Shown here in pieces: positions 13,543 through 27,899 of a stretch of 64,000 nt of DNA. The notes below the pieces were generated by a model. That model did no database searches, was not told the DNA's origin, and saw only the letters and a list, made by a program, of their open reading frames with translations. A program made the position numbers and the translations under genes. The stretch comes from Octopus vulgaris (Eukaryota). Within the stretch, counting starts at the first letter, position 1. Each line of letters begins with the position of its first letter. Where the stretch lies: the NCBI GenBank assembly GCA_951406725.2, contig OX597833.1, positions 26,040,001 through 26,104,000 of the forward strand, in the 5' to 3' direction.

Positions 13543-14113
13543 TGAATATAATGCATATATCATTAAATATATTTCTATGAGTCTCTCTGTTTGTGTCACA
13601 GCGTGTGCATCATGTGAATTCTTTTATTGTTGTACTCATTTCAATCCTTTCAATGCAGCCAAGCACCGTTTGAAGGAGTTACTACTAATTATATCGGTAT
13701 AATTTGCTGGAAAGCTATGTTACGAGGACACAAACCAATCAATAGCGATAGTCATTGTGTGACTGGTACATGTACACATATTCTGCCATATCAAAATTGA
13801 CGCATACATTCATACGTATATAAGTGTGTATGTATATACACACATGAATGTATGTATACATACATAGATGTACATATACATACAGACGCACACACATATA
13901 TAAATATATACGTCGGGGTTCCGTAGAATTTCTACAACTTACATTCATTCACAATGCATTCACTGGTTGGTTGCTTTTAGGTGTACAGAATAAAATAAAA
14001 TAAAAATAATGGGCCAGATGTGTTACTCAGGAAGAGTCAACCAGAAACCATTTCTTAGCTACAGATATGCTAGCGCCTGAATGTATGTATATGTGTATAC
14101 AAACATACATACA

Positions 14114-14518
14114 TAGCGGTGTGGTAAAAGCTGGCTTCCTAACCACATAGTTCAGGGCTCAGTCTCACTGCGTGTAACCCTGGGCAAGTGTCTTCTACGA
14201 TAGCCTCGGGTTGACCAAAGTGTTGCGAGTGGATTTGGTAAACGGAAACTGAAACAAACCTGTCTCATATATGTGTGTGTAAGTATGTGTATGCGTGTGT
14301 GTGTGTCCTTGTGTCTGTGTTTGTTCCCCACCACCGCTTGACGACCGGTGTTGGTGAGTTTACGTCTCCATAATATAGCAGTTCGGCAAAAGTATTCGAT
14401 AGAATAATTACCGGGCTTACAAAGAAGTACTGGTGTTTATTCATTCAATCAAGTATTCTTCAAGACCGTGCCCCAGCATGACCGCAGTCTAATGACAGAA
14501 ACAAGCAAAAGATAAATG
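14114..14518 (+). mobile_element. tRNA-like SINE family 1
   Basis: Collinear with 12422-12796. Confidence 0.88.
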
Positions 14519-15064
14519 ATAAATATACATAGATATACATACATACGTACGTACGTGTGTATGTATGCCTGCATGTATATATGTATGTATGCATGTAAGT
14601 ATACATATGTGTGAGTATGCATGTCTAAGGAAACCATTCTCTTACAAGGTTTGAGTAATTCCTTTGTTATAAGCTGCTTTCCATGTAATTAAATTTTTAA
14701 TTTAAGTAAATATTTCTACAAATATTGACTCTATCAAGAATTGTTTTTTAAAACCTTTCATCAAATACTAATGCATTTTATACATTGATAAGCTCACATA
14801 CATATCTACACGTATATGTATGTATTTGTGTATGTAAGCATGCATGCATTTAGGTATGAATGTATGTATGTATTACACACAATAACTCTAACGTGGGATA
14901 TCGAGCGTTTGTCGGTATCAGCAAGATTTGTATTTCGTTGGGAAAAACATAGAAACAGTGTATTTACTATAAGGATTATTAAAGAGAACATAACAAGCGG
15001 AATCGACTAAAACACAACATGTGCAGAAATGGACGATAACATAAGAAACGGCTAATAGGAGAGA

Positions 15065-15138
<74 letters not shown>

Positions 15139-15439
15139 TGTATGTATGTATGTATGTATATGTATATGTATATACGCACACACAAACACTGACTCAGAGA
15201 GATGTAGCCTATTTGAGAGATCGAGAGAAGCGAGGATTCAATAGGAGGTAAAAGGATAATATGATGAAATATGTTTTGACCTAAACCTTCGAAAAGTTTT
15301 TTTTAGCTCACTGCTTCACATTTTACGACTTCTCCACGTTGTAAATCAGTACAGCGCAAAACAAAGACACATCTGAAATGTTTGCACTTTCCACTGAAAA
15401 GAATTATATGTATACATAGAAGCATTCGTATGTGTGTGT

Positions 15440-15494
<55 letters not shown>

Positions 15495-16239
15495 TGTGTG
15501 CGCCCGCGTGTGTGGGCGCGCGCTTGTGTGTGGTAATATTTGATTTATGAAGTTCGACTGACATTCTCAATTTTGAAACATAAAATAATCGGTAATCAAG
15601 TACTACGTTTATTCGGTATCTAATCTTAGTAACCAATATCTGAAAAAAATATATACGGAGCCTCTTGTGTGTTGTAAATGTCAACAAAATAAATACTCTG
15701 AACAACACCCACAATATAATATATAAAAGAAATTAATAAAATAGAAATTAAAAAGCCACACACATGACCTTTCAGCAAAGATGAACAATGCGCGTATATT
15801 TGTTTTTGTAATATAAAATATAACGTTGAAAAATATCAGATAAATCCTTGAAATTGTGTGTACACATGCGCGCACCTGTGTGTGTATGTGTATGAGTGTT
15901 TGTGTGAGTGTGTGTACTTGTTTGTGTGCGAGCCTGTGTATTTGTATGCGTGTTTGTGTACTTATGTGTGTGGTGGGGGTAAGTATTTGTGTTTGTAATA
16001 ATAATAATGCTCATGAAAAAATGTGGAAAAGAAAATGGCTTTCAGATCTGTAATAATATAATTTACTTTTTTGGTACAATGTAATATGCATGAATTCTGG
16101 TTAGTAAAGAAAAATTATTTCTAAAAGACTTAACGTAATGCAATGTACGTATGTATATACACAACATATATATATATATATACACATATATATATGTATA
16201 CATATACATATGTGTGTGTATGTATGCATATATAAATAT

Positions 16240-16324
<85 letters not shown>

Positions 16325-16329
16325 CTCGC

Positions 16330-16950
16330 TTGAAAGGCCCCCGATAGTGGGCTTTTGAGCTAGTTCCTGTGGGGAGTCACTCATTGGGTCTAGGGCCCAA
16401 CAGTGACACTTTATGCATTGAGTACATATTAAATTTCATTAAGCTTTACCAATATTTTTCAAGCAATGTACAATTTTCATTAAAACAATGATATAATTTG
16501 TCGACTGGGAACCTATGGCAAAGCTGCATGATAAACAACATTTTTTTGTCTTCCCATTCGGGGTTAGTAAAGATAGCTTTTTTTCCATTCCTTAGCACAA
16601 CCAGCATATAGCTGTCCTTAGGCAACAATAAAGTTGCCTTTTAAAAGTTCAACCATGATTCTTCTCCCGCCACTTAATTCAAAGACAATTTGATGGAGCA
16701 ATTATTTGTAGTAGCTGGTACGTATCTAAACTCCTGTTCGTAGTTTGAAGTGCGATTTAAAGTGCGATTTTCATCGTTTGGAATTGTTCTAAACGTATTT
16801 GGTCATAAGGATGTTTGAAATTTAGTATTTCTTTGAGTATTTTTTAGAGGTAATAATAAAATAGACCGAATCTATTTTGATGAAGTGGGAGTGCGCTCAG
16901 TTTCCATAGCTCCGGCCTGAGACAGCATGAAAATAGGTCCGACAAATTTC
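16330..16950 (-). mobile_element. Possible decayed hAT transposon remnant
   Basis: Minus strand gives frameshifted SWL...LYCC, like the TTF-type zinc finger of hAT transposases; GGGCCC motifs near one end. Weak. Confidence 0.25.
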
Positions 16951-17370
16951 ACTAATATCTGAAAAAATACTAAGTTTCAAACATGTTTATGATAGGGAGT
17001 TATGAGAGATAATATTGTATGAGAGAGTAGTTCAAGAAGTATTTCAATTCCGAATGTCATGAGGCACGTGTTCTGGTTAAATTATTTGATACAGTTATAA
17101 TAAAGATTTTTTTCAAAATATTTTTTGGGAAATTACTTTTGGAAATAATAATATTTAGAGGAATGTTTTTTTCAAAATGTTAGGATCAGGAAAAAAACCA
17201 AGAATGAAGAATTGTAGAAGTCATTGAATAGTGCGAGAGGGGTAAGCATGTGGAATAGTAGAAGTGTCACTGAATAGTGACACAAAAGTCTGAGGAGTAA
17301 AGCTGAAAAAGTGTGCCACACTGACATTCGCATTTATTATTATAGATATATGCGTGTATATATGTCTGTA

Positions 17371-17560
17371 AACGCGTGTGTATGTTGGTGATTTTCTTCC
17401 TCCGTATTCCCTTCCTTTGGACTTTCTTCGATTTCTGAAGAAGGGCTTGGCTCGAAACATTAAATACTCTTTCCTTCCTTTCCTGAGCGTCTGATAATAC
17501 AGTATTTGTGTCACGTCCTCGCGTTATTGTTTTTTCTTGTTTTTCTTCTTTGGTTGGATT

Positions 17561-17563
<3 letters not shown>
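17371..17563 (+). mobile_element. Short Penelope-like repeat, second copy of the 295-570 family
   Basis: Collinear with the reverse complement of 295-570; ends at (TA)n. Confidence 0.65.
17431..17465 (+). ncRNA. Minimal type I hammerhead ribozyme motif
   Basis: ATTT-CTGAAGA-A-GGGC[TTG]GCTC-GAAA-CA-TT-AAAT; stem I ATTT/AAAT covaries with GTTT/AAAC in the 400-434 copy. Confidence 0.6.
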
Positions 17564-17598
<35 letters not shown>

Positions 17599-17599
17599 C

Positions 17600-17644
<45 letters not shown>

Positions 17645-17874
17645 GCATACATATATACATACATATATATATATACATGCATATATATATACATATAAAA
17701 TAGCGGCTACAATATAAGGGTTAGTAACAACAAGTGCATGGAAATAGTTATTATAGAAGATTAATACCGCATTGAGACTAGATATCGTTCACATATTTAG
17801 ATACATTCAATATTTATCTTTCGTGAAAATTTCAAGTGTATTGAATAAATGTTTCGTAAGTTATGAAACAATCT

Positions 17875-18355
17875 TTCCCTCTCTCTCCCTCACTCTTCCT
17901 CCTTTGCTCCCACGTGACCATCGGCCATCTTTCTTTCTTTTCCTAACTTAAGTTTTTTTCCCTCTGATTCAGCTACAGGGATCAGACACATTCATGCCTG
18001 ATTCCTGTCCAAGCTTGTTCCTCCGGATTCGCCATCTCACCTCGTTTAGGCTTTGCAGCCATTCCTGTTTGTTTTCACTGTCCTGCTTTTGCTACCAATT
18101 TTGACCCCCCGCAAAATCCCAATTTATATTTAATTTACTTTGCGGGAGCAACTGTTTTGTCGAAAACGTACCTTGAATTGATTAAAATACAGATTAGAAA
18201 AACAGCAGACAACTGATGATGGATCGTCCTTTATGTTGCTTGTTTTTTTTTTCCATTTGTTTCTTTCGTTGTTCGAAAAAGTTCATATTCTATGTATTCG
18301 TATTTCATGTTGTTTACGTTCCATGACGTCCTGGGCCCACATATGCAGATGCATA
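17875..18355 (+). mobile_element. Degenerate repeat related to the 56371-56525 arm (Penelope-like end)
   Basis: Shares aacag...ctgaNgaNgg, tttcgttgtt...aaaaa and gtcctg..ccca.atatgca with the reverse complement of 56371-56525; ends in (TA)n. Confidence 0.45.
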
Positions 18356-18391
18356 TACATATATATGTATGTACATATATGTATGGATATA

Positions 18392-18467
<76 letters not shown>

Positions 18468-18489
18468 GAGAGAGAGAAAGAGGAGGTCA

Positions 18490-18775
18490 GTCATCGCTCG
18501 AAGTGTAAAAACCTTTTAAGAATTTACAAAAAGTCTCACCTATAAGTACATATGCACATGTATAGACATGCAACTATATGCATAAATATAGGAAAAACAA
18601 AAGATACAGATCTGCACATGCAGTGACTCCAAATACTTGCACATACACACACATGCATTCATGACTCTCCTGTTGATGTTGTTGACAATCCAATGTAGGA
18701 TTCTTAGATCGAGATTAGAAATGAATTTTTCTTGATTGGCAAGAAATCTAAAAATAAAATTAAATGATCTACATG
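18490..18775 (+). mobile_element. 5'-truncated 3' end of the R4/Dong-like element seen at 51249-52330
   Basis: tataagt.catg..tagacatgcaactatatg...atctgcac and ctc.tgttgatgttg...ttagaaa...attggcaagaa match 51981-52320. Confidence 0.65.
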
Positions 18776-20035
18776 CATACATTCATGTATATGTACATAC
18801 TCACACACGCACACACACTCAAACTCACATACGCATATATATGTATATATAGGCAATGTGCATAAATGCATGCGTGTGCATTGTGTGCGAACATGATATG
18901 TGTGTAAAAGTATCTATATATGTATATGTGCGTGTGTGTATGTGAGTTAGTGTTTGCGTGTTATTTTTTTTTTTAAATTGTGCGTGTATTGACAAACATT
19001 TGAAGGCATAGAAGAGTATGTAGGTTTTTTTTCCGTTTAACCTTACTGGTTAACGATGTCTGTTTGAAATATGAATCAGCCACGGGAACTTACACTTTTC
19101 GAGAGCACTTGAATATTCTGAAGATGTATATTCTGATACAAAAAAAAAAAAAAAAAATTGAGCTTGTGTTTACTTGCGTATTACAGTCCGATAAATTTTC
19201 GAGACTTAAATTATTGTTTTTTTTCAGCCTTAATTATCCGTTGGCAAAATTGTATTCTCTAGTGCCGTTATTCGGCACTTCAACTCATTCTCAAGGGTAT
19301 ATAAACATTATTGGATGTTTATGTCTGCATATAAATATGATATTTGCATAATTTTACTATTTTTACTGACTGGATTTTGATGTTGCTTATGAACCGTCTC
19401 TGCAGACAGAGTGGAATGTATCAACTGCAATGCAAACAGATAGTTATTTATTGAACATAAATAGATGAAGTAGTAAATACACAGAAAGCAACCCACTCAG
19501 ACACACCTGATTGTGCTTGTTTGTCTCATCTATTTGAGACTTGTAAACAAATATCAAAACTACTAATGGAAATTGAGCCGCAATTTTGTTGAAGGAAGCC
19601 GGAGAGAGAGAGAGAGAGAGAAAGAGTATGCGTGTACGTGTGTGTACATTTAAATTATACTTATTTTACCAACAACAAAAGGACGAAATGAAATATTAAG
19701 GGAAATATATGGGGTCAATCCAACATAGCACGAAGATTTCTATTCCTCACCTTCTGAAAAGGAGGAAATAACTTAGGATGTATCACCTTAAATCAATCAC
19801 AGAAGGTTCACAGCTGATGAGTCCCTTTAGACGTAGGTCCACTCAAAGAGAGCTAATCTGACTGAACAACATCGGCAAGGGAAATATTTACATCAGTAGA
19901 TTTTATGTCCAAGTTTTCCATGGACCATAGTCCGGTGAATTGCAGATTCTCTCAATTTCGCTATATATATATACACACGTATATGCAACTATATTTACTT
20001 ACGTATGAAACTATTAATGTTACGCCAAGCTTAGT

Positions 20036-20160
20036 AGGCTAGCTGATAATCATTAGCACACTGGACAAAATGCTTAGCGGCATTTCGTTCGTCTATACTT
20101 TCTGAGTTCAAATCTCACCGAGGTCGACTTTGCCTTTCATCCTTTCGGTGACGATAAAAT
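20036..20160 (+). mobile_element. tRNA-like SINE head (family 3)
   Basis: B-box-like GAGTTCAAATC followed by gaggtcgactttgcctttcatcctttcg; further copies at 13430, 46010 and 53790. Confidence 0.75.
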
Positions 20161-20241
20161 CGACTTTACCCTTTCCACTCAACTGTTGGTCTTATACAAA
20201 AATTTGGAGCCAATATTACGTCAGTAATTTGTCAATGGGGT

Positions 20242-20490
20242 GGAGGCTCAATGGCCCAGTGGTTAGGGCAGCGGACTCGCGGTTTCGATTCCCAGACCAG
20301 GCGTTGTGTGTGTTTATTGAGCGAAAACACCTAAAGCTCCACGAGGCTCCGGCAGGAGGTGGTGGCGAGCCCTGTTGTATTCTTTCGTCTCAACTTTCTC
20401 TCACTATCTCTTCCTGTTTCTTGAATAACGCTGCGATGGACTTGCATCCCGTCCAGCTGGGCGGAACACATACGCCACAGAACCCGGGAA
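20242..20490 (+). mobile_element. tRNA-like SINE family 2
   Basis: A-box-like TGGCCCAGTGG, B-box-like GTTTCGATTCC; homologous to 23358-23732 (-) and 60653-60838. Confidence 0.85.
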
Positions 20491-20665
20491 AATAAATTTG
20501 TCATTAGCAGACGATATGTCTGCAAGCAGTGAGATATTCAAATCTTTCCTCAGGAAAATCTGCCTGCAGACGATATTTTTCCTATCCATCGGAAAGAATT
20601 TTTTTCTCCAACAATTAAACACTAAAAATATAAGAATGTTTGTGAGACACAGAAGAATGTATAAG

Positions 20666-20779
<114 letters not shown>

Positions 20780-21432
20780 GTGTGTGTATGCGCGAAGAAA
20801 GGCTAAATTCTTAAGAAGTTCATAAGAAGTTCATTTTGCAGTCAGGAAGGCTCAAGTTAAATCCTACAACGAGTTACTTCGGGAAGGAATCTTTTTACAA
20901 ACACTCAAACTTAAGTGAATGAAATGGGGAAGAAAAAAACCCTGTGAGAAGAATGTCATTTGGCGAATATGCAATTCAAACGTTCAGCATTGTCGCTCGT
21001 TGTACCGAGCTGTTTCTGCATGTAGACTGTGATCAGGCTGCACAACACTAGAAAAACACTCCCACAATTGCACTCTGCAGCAAGGGGAAAATAATCCAGT
21101 GGCGGAAATAACAATAGCACTTATGTTAAAACGGGTGGGGGATCCATTTACTCATTTTACTTGAAGTGCTTTTATAAGTAAGAGATGTCTATTTGGGCAT
21201 GTTGTAGGTGTTTGCACGACAGTGTATATTTGCGTGAGCAACTACTATAATGCTTATAGGTGATTATGGACACACACACACACAGACACAGACACACACA
21301 CAGAGACACACACACACACATACACGCATACTCACACACATATACGTATGAACGTGTATATATATATATATGTATGTATGTATATGTATGTATGTATATA
21401 AATAATAGAGGGTGTGTGTGTGTGAGAGAGAA

Positions 21433-21475
<43 letters not shown>

Positions 21476-22421
21476 AGCAACGTATTTGTTGGAAATTTAA
21501 ATCTGAAATGACAGATTCAAAGGACCAGCGGTTTTTGTTTAAATAGGAGCGACTAAATAAAGGCTATAGCTATTACCGATGAATTTAAAGCCAGTCTCAA
21601 CGGTATCGTTCGTTTATGTAAATTGGCTGCCATATTTTTTTATTCATTTCCATCCATTGTCTTCTATGAAAGAATGGAAAGAATTGAAAACCCGAATGCC
21701 CAAACACGTCGATATAAATGTGTGTGTGTGTGTGCGTGCGCGTGTGCGCGTGTGTGTGTGCGTGTGCACGCGTGTGTTTATGTATCTATGTATTTTTATA
21801 TATGTAGATGCGAGTTGCAATCTATCAAAATGATTTGAAGCTCACGTAAATGATTAGATTAAACGTTATCGCTGAATCAGATTGAAATCAATTCATTCTC
21901 CGAAACATTTAGGAAATCAAAACAAATTTGGAGCTTAATTTAGCTTGCCTCCTCATCTCGTATAGCTTCGCTACTTATATCTCCTGTTTATCTGTGTTTG
22001 ATTGGGGGTTTTTTTTCAGTTAAGCCACTGATACATGTCACCATAAATGTTATGATATAAAATTATATTGTATAATGTAACTTGACTTTTTAAAAATATT
22101 TCATTCCTAACGAGATATTATTTCAACCAGTATCTTATGATTTGTAATACCAAAATACATAACCACTTACAGATGTATACCCATATTCATATGTGCGTAT
22201 GTGCGTATGTGCGTGCGCGGCGGATTGGCATGCCTATACAGACACATAAAAATACACATACACACACACACACATACACACAAACACATTCACATACACA
22301 AATATTCGCACTCACACTCACATTTGTATGCATATCTTCACATGTGAAAGCTTATTTCTGTCTATCAATATACCTATCTATCTATCTATCTATCTGTCTG
22401 CATTACCCACTTTCTCTTTCC

Positions 22422-22452
<31 letters not shown>

Positions 22453-22899
22453 CATATATGTGTGTGTGTGTATGTGTGTGTGTGTGTGTGTATGTATGTA
22501 TATATATATATATGAGTGTACACACATAAACGCATATATACTTACATACCTCTCTATATATATGTATGTGTGTATATGTATATATATATATATATATATA
22601 TACATATACACAGATATGTTTGTATATCTATCTACACAGATGCACACACACATATATATATACACGCATGTATGTATATACTCAAACATTTGTACATACA
22701 CTCACACATATTGCCCAATCTCTGTCTTATGGAAACTTTTAAAATCGAATTCCATCAACATACAAGTAGATAACCGTATTTATACTTCCGATGTCAAACA
22801 ATGGACCAGCAAATTTCGAGAAGGCTTCATTCTGCAGCATTTTATTTCGTTAAAACATAGTTTCTTCGTGATTTCATTGCTATGTTAAATGTTAACAAA

Positions 22900-23350
22900 T
22901 TGTTTCAATATTTGCTCCGGCTTTCTGCTTATGGCTACCACTCATGTAGTATCTTTTTGAGCATCGAAGTCGGTCTAGTGTTGACAGTTTACCCAATGTG
23001 GGGAGAAGCTGATAAAGCATGGTTGAACGAAGCTCATCTCTTAGCAACTACAAATCCAGCAACATGATCGATGGCTCGAATTACTGTCGTCCTCCATATT
23101 TATTTTTGTAGTTATAATTTTATCTTAGCCGAGAGGGAACGATAGAAAATATGACCCTGGACAGGGAATTTTGGAAAGGGATAGATTGAGGGAGGTATCC
23201 TTGGACAGGAGGTCTTCCACCTTCGCAACAAACTGTACTCCGCTGGAGATTCTCAATTCTTGTTAAACATGGCGACGGCAAGACACTGCTTCTCGTCTAG
23301 GAATTTTAAACCCCATACGCTTACGTCTCGTTACCATTTGAACTCAAAGA
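22900..23350 (-). mobile_element. Degenerate RTE-like LINE 3' remnant
   Basis: Minus-strand fragments RHV, GGRP and IWRTTVIRAI occur in the order of RTE C-terminal GHV.RM / GRP / WR motifs; many stops. Confidence 0.35.
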
Positions 23351-23357
23351 GCAGTCA

Positions 23358-23732
23358 CACTCCGTCGGTTACGACGACGAAGGTTCCAGTTGAACCGTCC
23401 AACGGAATAGCATGCTCGTGAAATTAACGTGCAAGTGGCTGAGAACTCCACAGACACGTGTACTCTTAACGTAGTTCCCGGTGAGATTCAGCGTGACACA
23501 GAGTGTGACAAGGCTGACCCTTTGAAATACAGGTATAACAGAAACAGGAAGAAAGATTGAGAGAAAGTTGTGGTGAAAGAATACAGCAGGGTTCTCTACC
23601 AACCCCTGCCGGAGCCTCGTGAAGTTTAGGTGTTTTCGCTCAATAAACACTCACAACGCCCGGCCTGGGAATCGAAACCGTGATCCTTTGATCGCGAGTT
23701 CGAGGCCCTAACCACTGGGTTATTGCGCCTCC
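23358..23732 (-). mobile_element. tRNA-like SINE family 2, long copy
   Basis: Head is the reverse complement of the 60653 and 20242 copies. Confidence 0.85.
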
Positions 23733-24959
23733 ACACAAACAGCAGTAACCAATACGCTAGGCATCTAATCTGGCAATAAAACTCTTCCATCAGTCTACCC
23801 AACAAACAACAACTTTACTTATTGGTTTGAAATTTTAGCACAAGGCCAGCAGTTTCGGGGAAGTAAGTAAGTAAGTCGATATATATTGAGAACTTCACTG
23901 AATTGACAAGGATTTCACAGGCTTCTGCTAAAGCACCATGTTCAATCCTCATATAAAGAACACATTTAGTAATATGAAGAGGGACTGATTTTTTAGTTTC
24001 CAACCCAATGAAATCTATGGAAACCACGGATATGTGACAGACCTAGGGAATCCTCTATCATACTCTAAAATATAAGCCAATCATTTTCAAATATATTGTG
24101 TGTTGTTCTGTTTTTATTTTATTTTTTTTCTTCTTGCTCACGTTTTCGCCGCTGCTGCTGTTGTTACTTTTGTTGTTGTTCAGCCTCTTCCACATCATCG
24201 TCGTCATCATCATCACCACCATTATCATCGTCTTTGTGTGGTTATCGTCATCATCATCATCATCATCTTTCTTCCACATCTTAGTTGTTTCATTTAAAAA
24301 TACATGTTTAATAAATATTTATTTTGTGTCAGGTGCTGTCACTTGAGAGACCATGAACCTCCTTCAACACACAGCCTAATTATGTGTATGAATATATACA
24401 TATGTTATATGTTTATACATAAATGAGTATGTATGTGTTTATGTAAGTATGTATGTATGTATGTATGAGTATGTGTATATGTACACGCACACACACATAT
24501 ACATGTATGTATATTTGTGTTTGTGATTGTGTGTATGTCTTCTTTTTGAGTAAAAAAGATAACTGAAAGCCTTGGAGCAGTATTCAAACGAGGAATAGTT
24601 TTTAACAATGGACTGGATGTGGGGTTACTGATGATGGCAGTGGTGGTACAGATTTATTTGGTTATTTTATGTGTAGATGTGTGTGTGTGTGTGCGTGGTT
24701 GTGTGCGCGTGCACGTTTATATCTGCGTATAAAACGATTTTTTTTCAACAGATGGCGCCCCTTGTAATGTGATTTGAACAGCCATTCTTGAAGTGCCGAT
24801 CGATGTCAATAAAATGAGGCTGAAGGAGATGTCGCAGATGCTGAAATACCCTTCAAATGTCATCGATTTCTTAACAAGATGTGATTGTCAAGTAGACTTT
24901 ATACAAATATCAAGAGTATCTCGTCTATTGATTGCTACGTGAACGTTCCTACCCTTGGA

Positions 24960-25025
24960 TCTGTCTCTATGTATGTCCGTGTCTGTGTGTATAACACCAA
25001 GAACTATCTCGATGTGTATGTGTAT

Positions 25026-25068
<43 letters not shown>

Positions 25069-25135
25069 TTTGTGACGCCAAGATCTGTGTATCTGGATTT
25101 GTGACGCCAAGAACTATCTCGATGTGTGTGTGCAT

Positions 25136-25181
<46 letters not shown>

Positions 25182-25404
25182 TTGTTTGTGACGCCAAGAT
25201 CTGTGTATCTGGATTTGTGACGCCAAGAACTATTTCGATGTATCTGCGTGTCTGTGAGTAGCACCAAGAACTGTCTGTCTCTCTCTATATATGTATGTGT
25301 GTGTTTGTTTGTGTGATGCTAAGAACTGTATCACTATGTTTGTGTATCTGTATTTGTGACGCCAATAACTATCTCCATGTATCTGTGTGTCTGTGGGTGG
25401 CACT

Positions 25405-25437
<33 letters not shown>

Positions 25438-25590
25438 CAGTTTGTGTGATGTTGAGAACTGTCTCATCATATCCACATGTCTGTATGTATGACTCTGTTT
25501 CCTCATATATGTGTATTTGTATGTGTGACGCTAATAACTGTTACATTATGTCTGTGTGTCTGTATGTTTGACGCTAAGAACTGTCTCTAT
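24960..25590. repeat. Irregular minisatellite with GTGACGCCAAGAACT core and (TG)n spacers
   Basis: About ten recognisable copies of the core, including a near-exact ~118-bp duplication (24995-25240). Confidence 0.85.
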
Positions 25591-26094
25591 GTATCTGTCC
25601 TCTCAATATCTCCGAATGACTCTCTGTCTGTAACTCTGATTAAATCTATACGATTTTCTAGACCTTTGAAAGACTTTAATTGGTTTCTTTATGTGTATGT
25701 ACCTGCACATCCTTCAATTTATCTGTATCTCTCTGTAAGGATATCTGTAAATATATGCATTTATGTTTTCTATCTGTATATCTTTATATCTATCCCTATG
25801 TCACTGAACTATTCATTAATATTCCTTAGTTTCTAAAAGTCCATGTTTGTCTCTGTATACATATGTATATACCTGTATTTATCAATCTGTATATCTCCAT
25901 ACTCACCTTTGTGTCTTTCTATGCATCTATAATTTTCTCCGCTCATCCAATACGGGTTTATGCGTTTACATACGCATCCATATTTGTCAATGTGCTGCAA
26001 TCTGTCACTCTGTATGCATTTTTCTGTAAGCATCTGTGTGTTCCTGCGTAACACTTATGTGAGATTGTCATATATATATATATATATATATATA

Positions 26095-27899
26095 TCTCTT
26101 ATTATAAAAGGCAGATTTTATCTGCCTCCCTTTGGGAGTTATACAAATCTACAATATAGGATTTCTTCAATTACAATTTACCTAGCATTTTTAAGAGTAC
26201 AATGCATCGCGTCATGCCAGGTCCAGTTTTTAAAATTTAAACTCCAATTAAGCAAAATTTACAGAAAACTCACATTCTGGTGTGTGTGTCAAATGCTTTT
26301 CTTAGTCTGGTTTACACCACACGCAAACGCACACACACAGTGGGCAACGAATAAAATGAAAGTAAATAGCGGACAGAGTGATTTGAGGAAGACTAAAGTG
26401 AAAGTATTCTGTCTATGACGATGATAGATACATGAGTAAAATGTATGGGAAGCTAAGAGCTAAGAGTGAGTGAAAATGTTCTTGGAAGAGAGTAATTAGT
26501 AATAAAGTAAACATACACTCATACATACATACATACATACATACATACATACATACATACATACATACACACATACACACACACACATACACACACATAC
26601 ATACACACACACATACATACATACATACATATACATACATAATACATACATATACATACATACATACACACACACACATACACACACACACAGTATTGAA
26701 GCTTGAGAACAATCAGATACATTTGCAACACATCTGTTGAAAATATTATTGTTCACACACATACATATACATATATACATACAGACAGACAGACAGATAG
26801 ACACACACACACACACACACACACATGATCCAGCATGGCCACAACCTCAAGGCTGAAACATATAAAAGAATAACAGAATATAAATGTGTGCAAAGTACAA
26901 GAAATATTAATGCAGTATATGGGGATTGGACAATAAGCGTAAGGCAGTGTCAATGGTGGTTCCAGAAATCCCGAGCCATAAACTACAGCCTAGAAGACGA
27001 GCCTCATCCTGAAAGATCTGTAGAACTCGACAAGGACATCCTGAAAACCCTGGTGGAACAAAATATCATCGTAACTGTTGAGGAACTAGCAGAGAAGCTT
27101 GGATTTGGTCATTCAACCATTCATTGACACCTGTGTGCTATCGGAAAAGTCAGCAAATTGGGTCAATGGGTTCCTCACGAACTTTCCGAGTCTAATTGCA
27201 TGCAGAGAGTGAATGTATGCTTTTCTTTGCTGTCATATCTCACCACTACTGCGCTATGTATATCTATATATATAAAACTGTAGTTGTGTGAGTGTCTGTC
27301 CCCTTCGATTTAGATTCCTAACTACTCCCACATTTTGCGGTACAGTTTAACCAAATTCGGGTAGCTTATAGTCGTGATTCATATCGAGCCCGTCTGAATA
27401 TTAGCGCGCGTCTACGATGAGTCTACGATTTTAAAAATAATTTAACATCATTTTTTATTCCATTTTAATGCATAATTTTTCGTGTGTCGATGGCGGCGGA
27501 GTTGGCGTCCACGCTCACACCTGCACCTGTGGGGAAGGGAGTGTAAGGAAATCAACGTCGTAATGCGTTGTCAAGGAGACCAGTGTTCTTTTAGAACAAC
27601 GACTTCATGGCTTGAAGACACCAAAACAGAAATGGCTAAGAAAGCGTCTACATGAGTCTACGATTTAAAAAAAAATTTACCATCGTTTTTTTTCCATTTT
27701 AATGCATTTTTTCGCTATTATATAAGGGAAGTAACTCTCTAAAAATGTCTACGATGAGTCAACGATTTTAAAAAAAATTTACCATCATATTTTTTCCATT
27801 TTTAATGCATTTTTTGCTATTTTTTGGCTATAACTCTCTAAAAATGCTTATATAGTTATTTCCCTTACAAACCCGAGCAACGCCGGGCGATACTGCTAG
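26095..27899 (+). mobile_element. Composite non-autonomous Helitron unit 1 (5' module A + mariner cargo + internal Helitron B from 27263)
   Basis: A|TC start, GGCAGAT-TTT-ATCTGCC subterminal hairpin; 3' CCCGAGCAACGCCGGG hairpin, then CTAG (27896-27899)|T. Confidence 0.88.
26882..27245 (+). pseudogene. Mariner (Tc1/mariner) transposase N-terminal fragment, copy 1
   Basis: STRNINAVYG...QCQWWFQK...LEDEPH...ELAEKLG paired-HTH region, an in-frame stop, then GQWVPHEL (WVPHEL at 27167-27184); no DDD catalytic domain. Confidence 0.9.

Noticed and set aside
18213-18290. CTGATGA...GAAA as a complete HHR
   Set aside because: No contiguous stem II or stem I could be paired; kept only as a hint in the 56371 finding.
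19813-19850. CTGATGA-GTC...GAC hammerhead-like start
   Set aside because: Followed by GTAG rather than GAAA, with no stem I partner.
26825-27127. Functional transposase or SETMAR-like gene
   Set aside because: In-frame stop, no catalytic DDD domain, N-terminus derived from a SINE tail.
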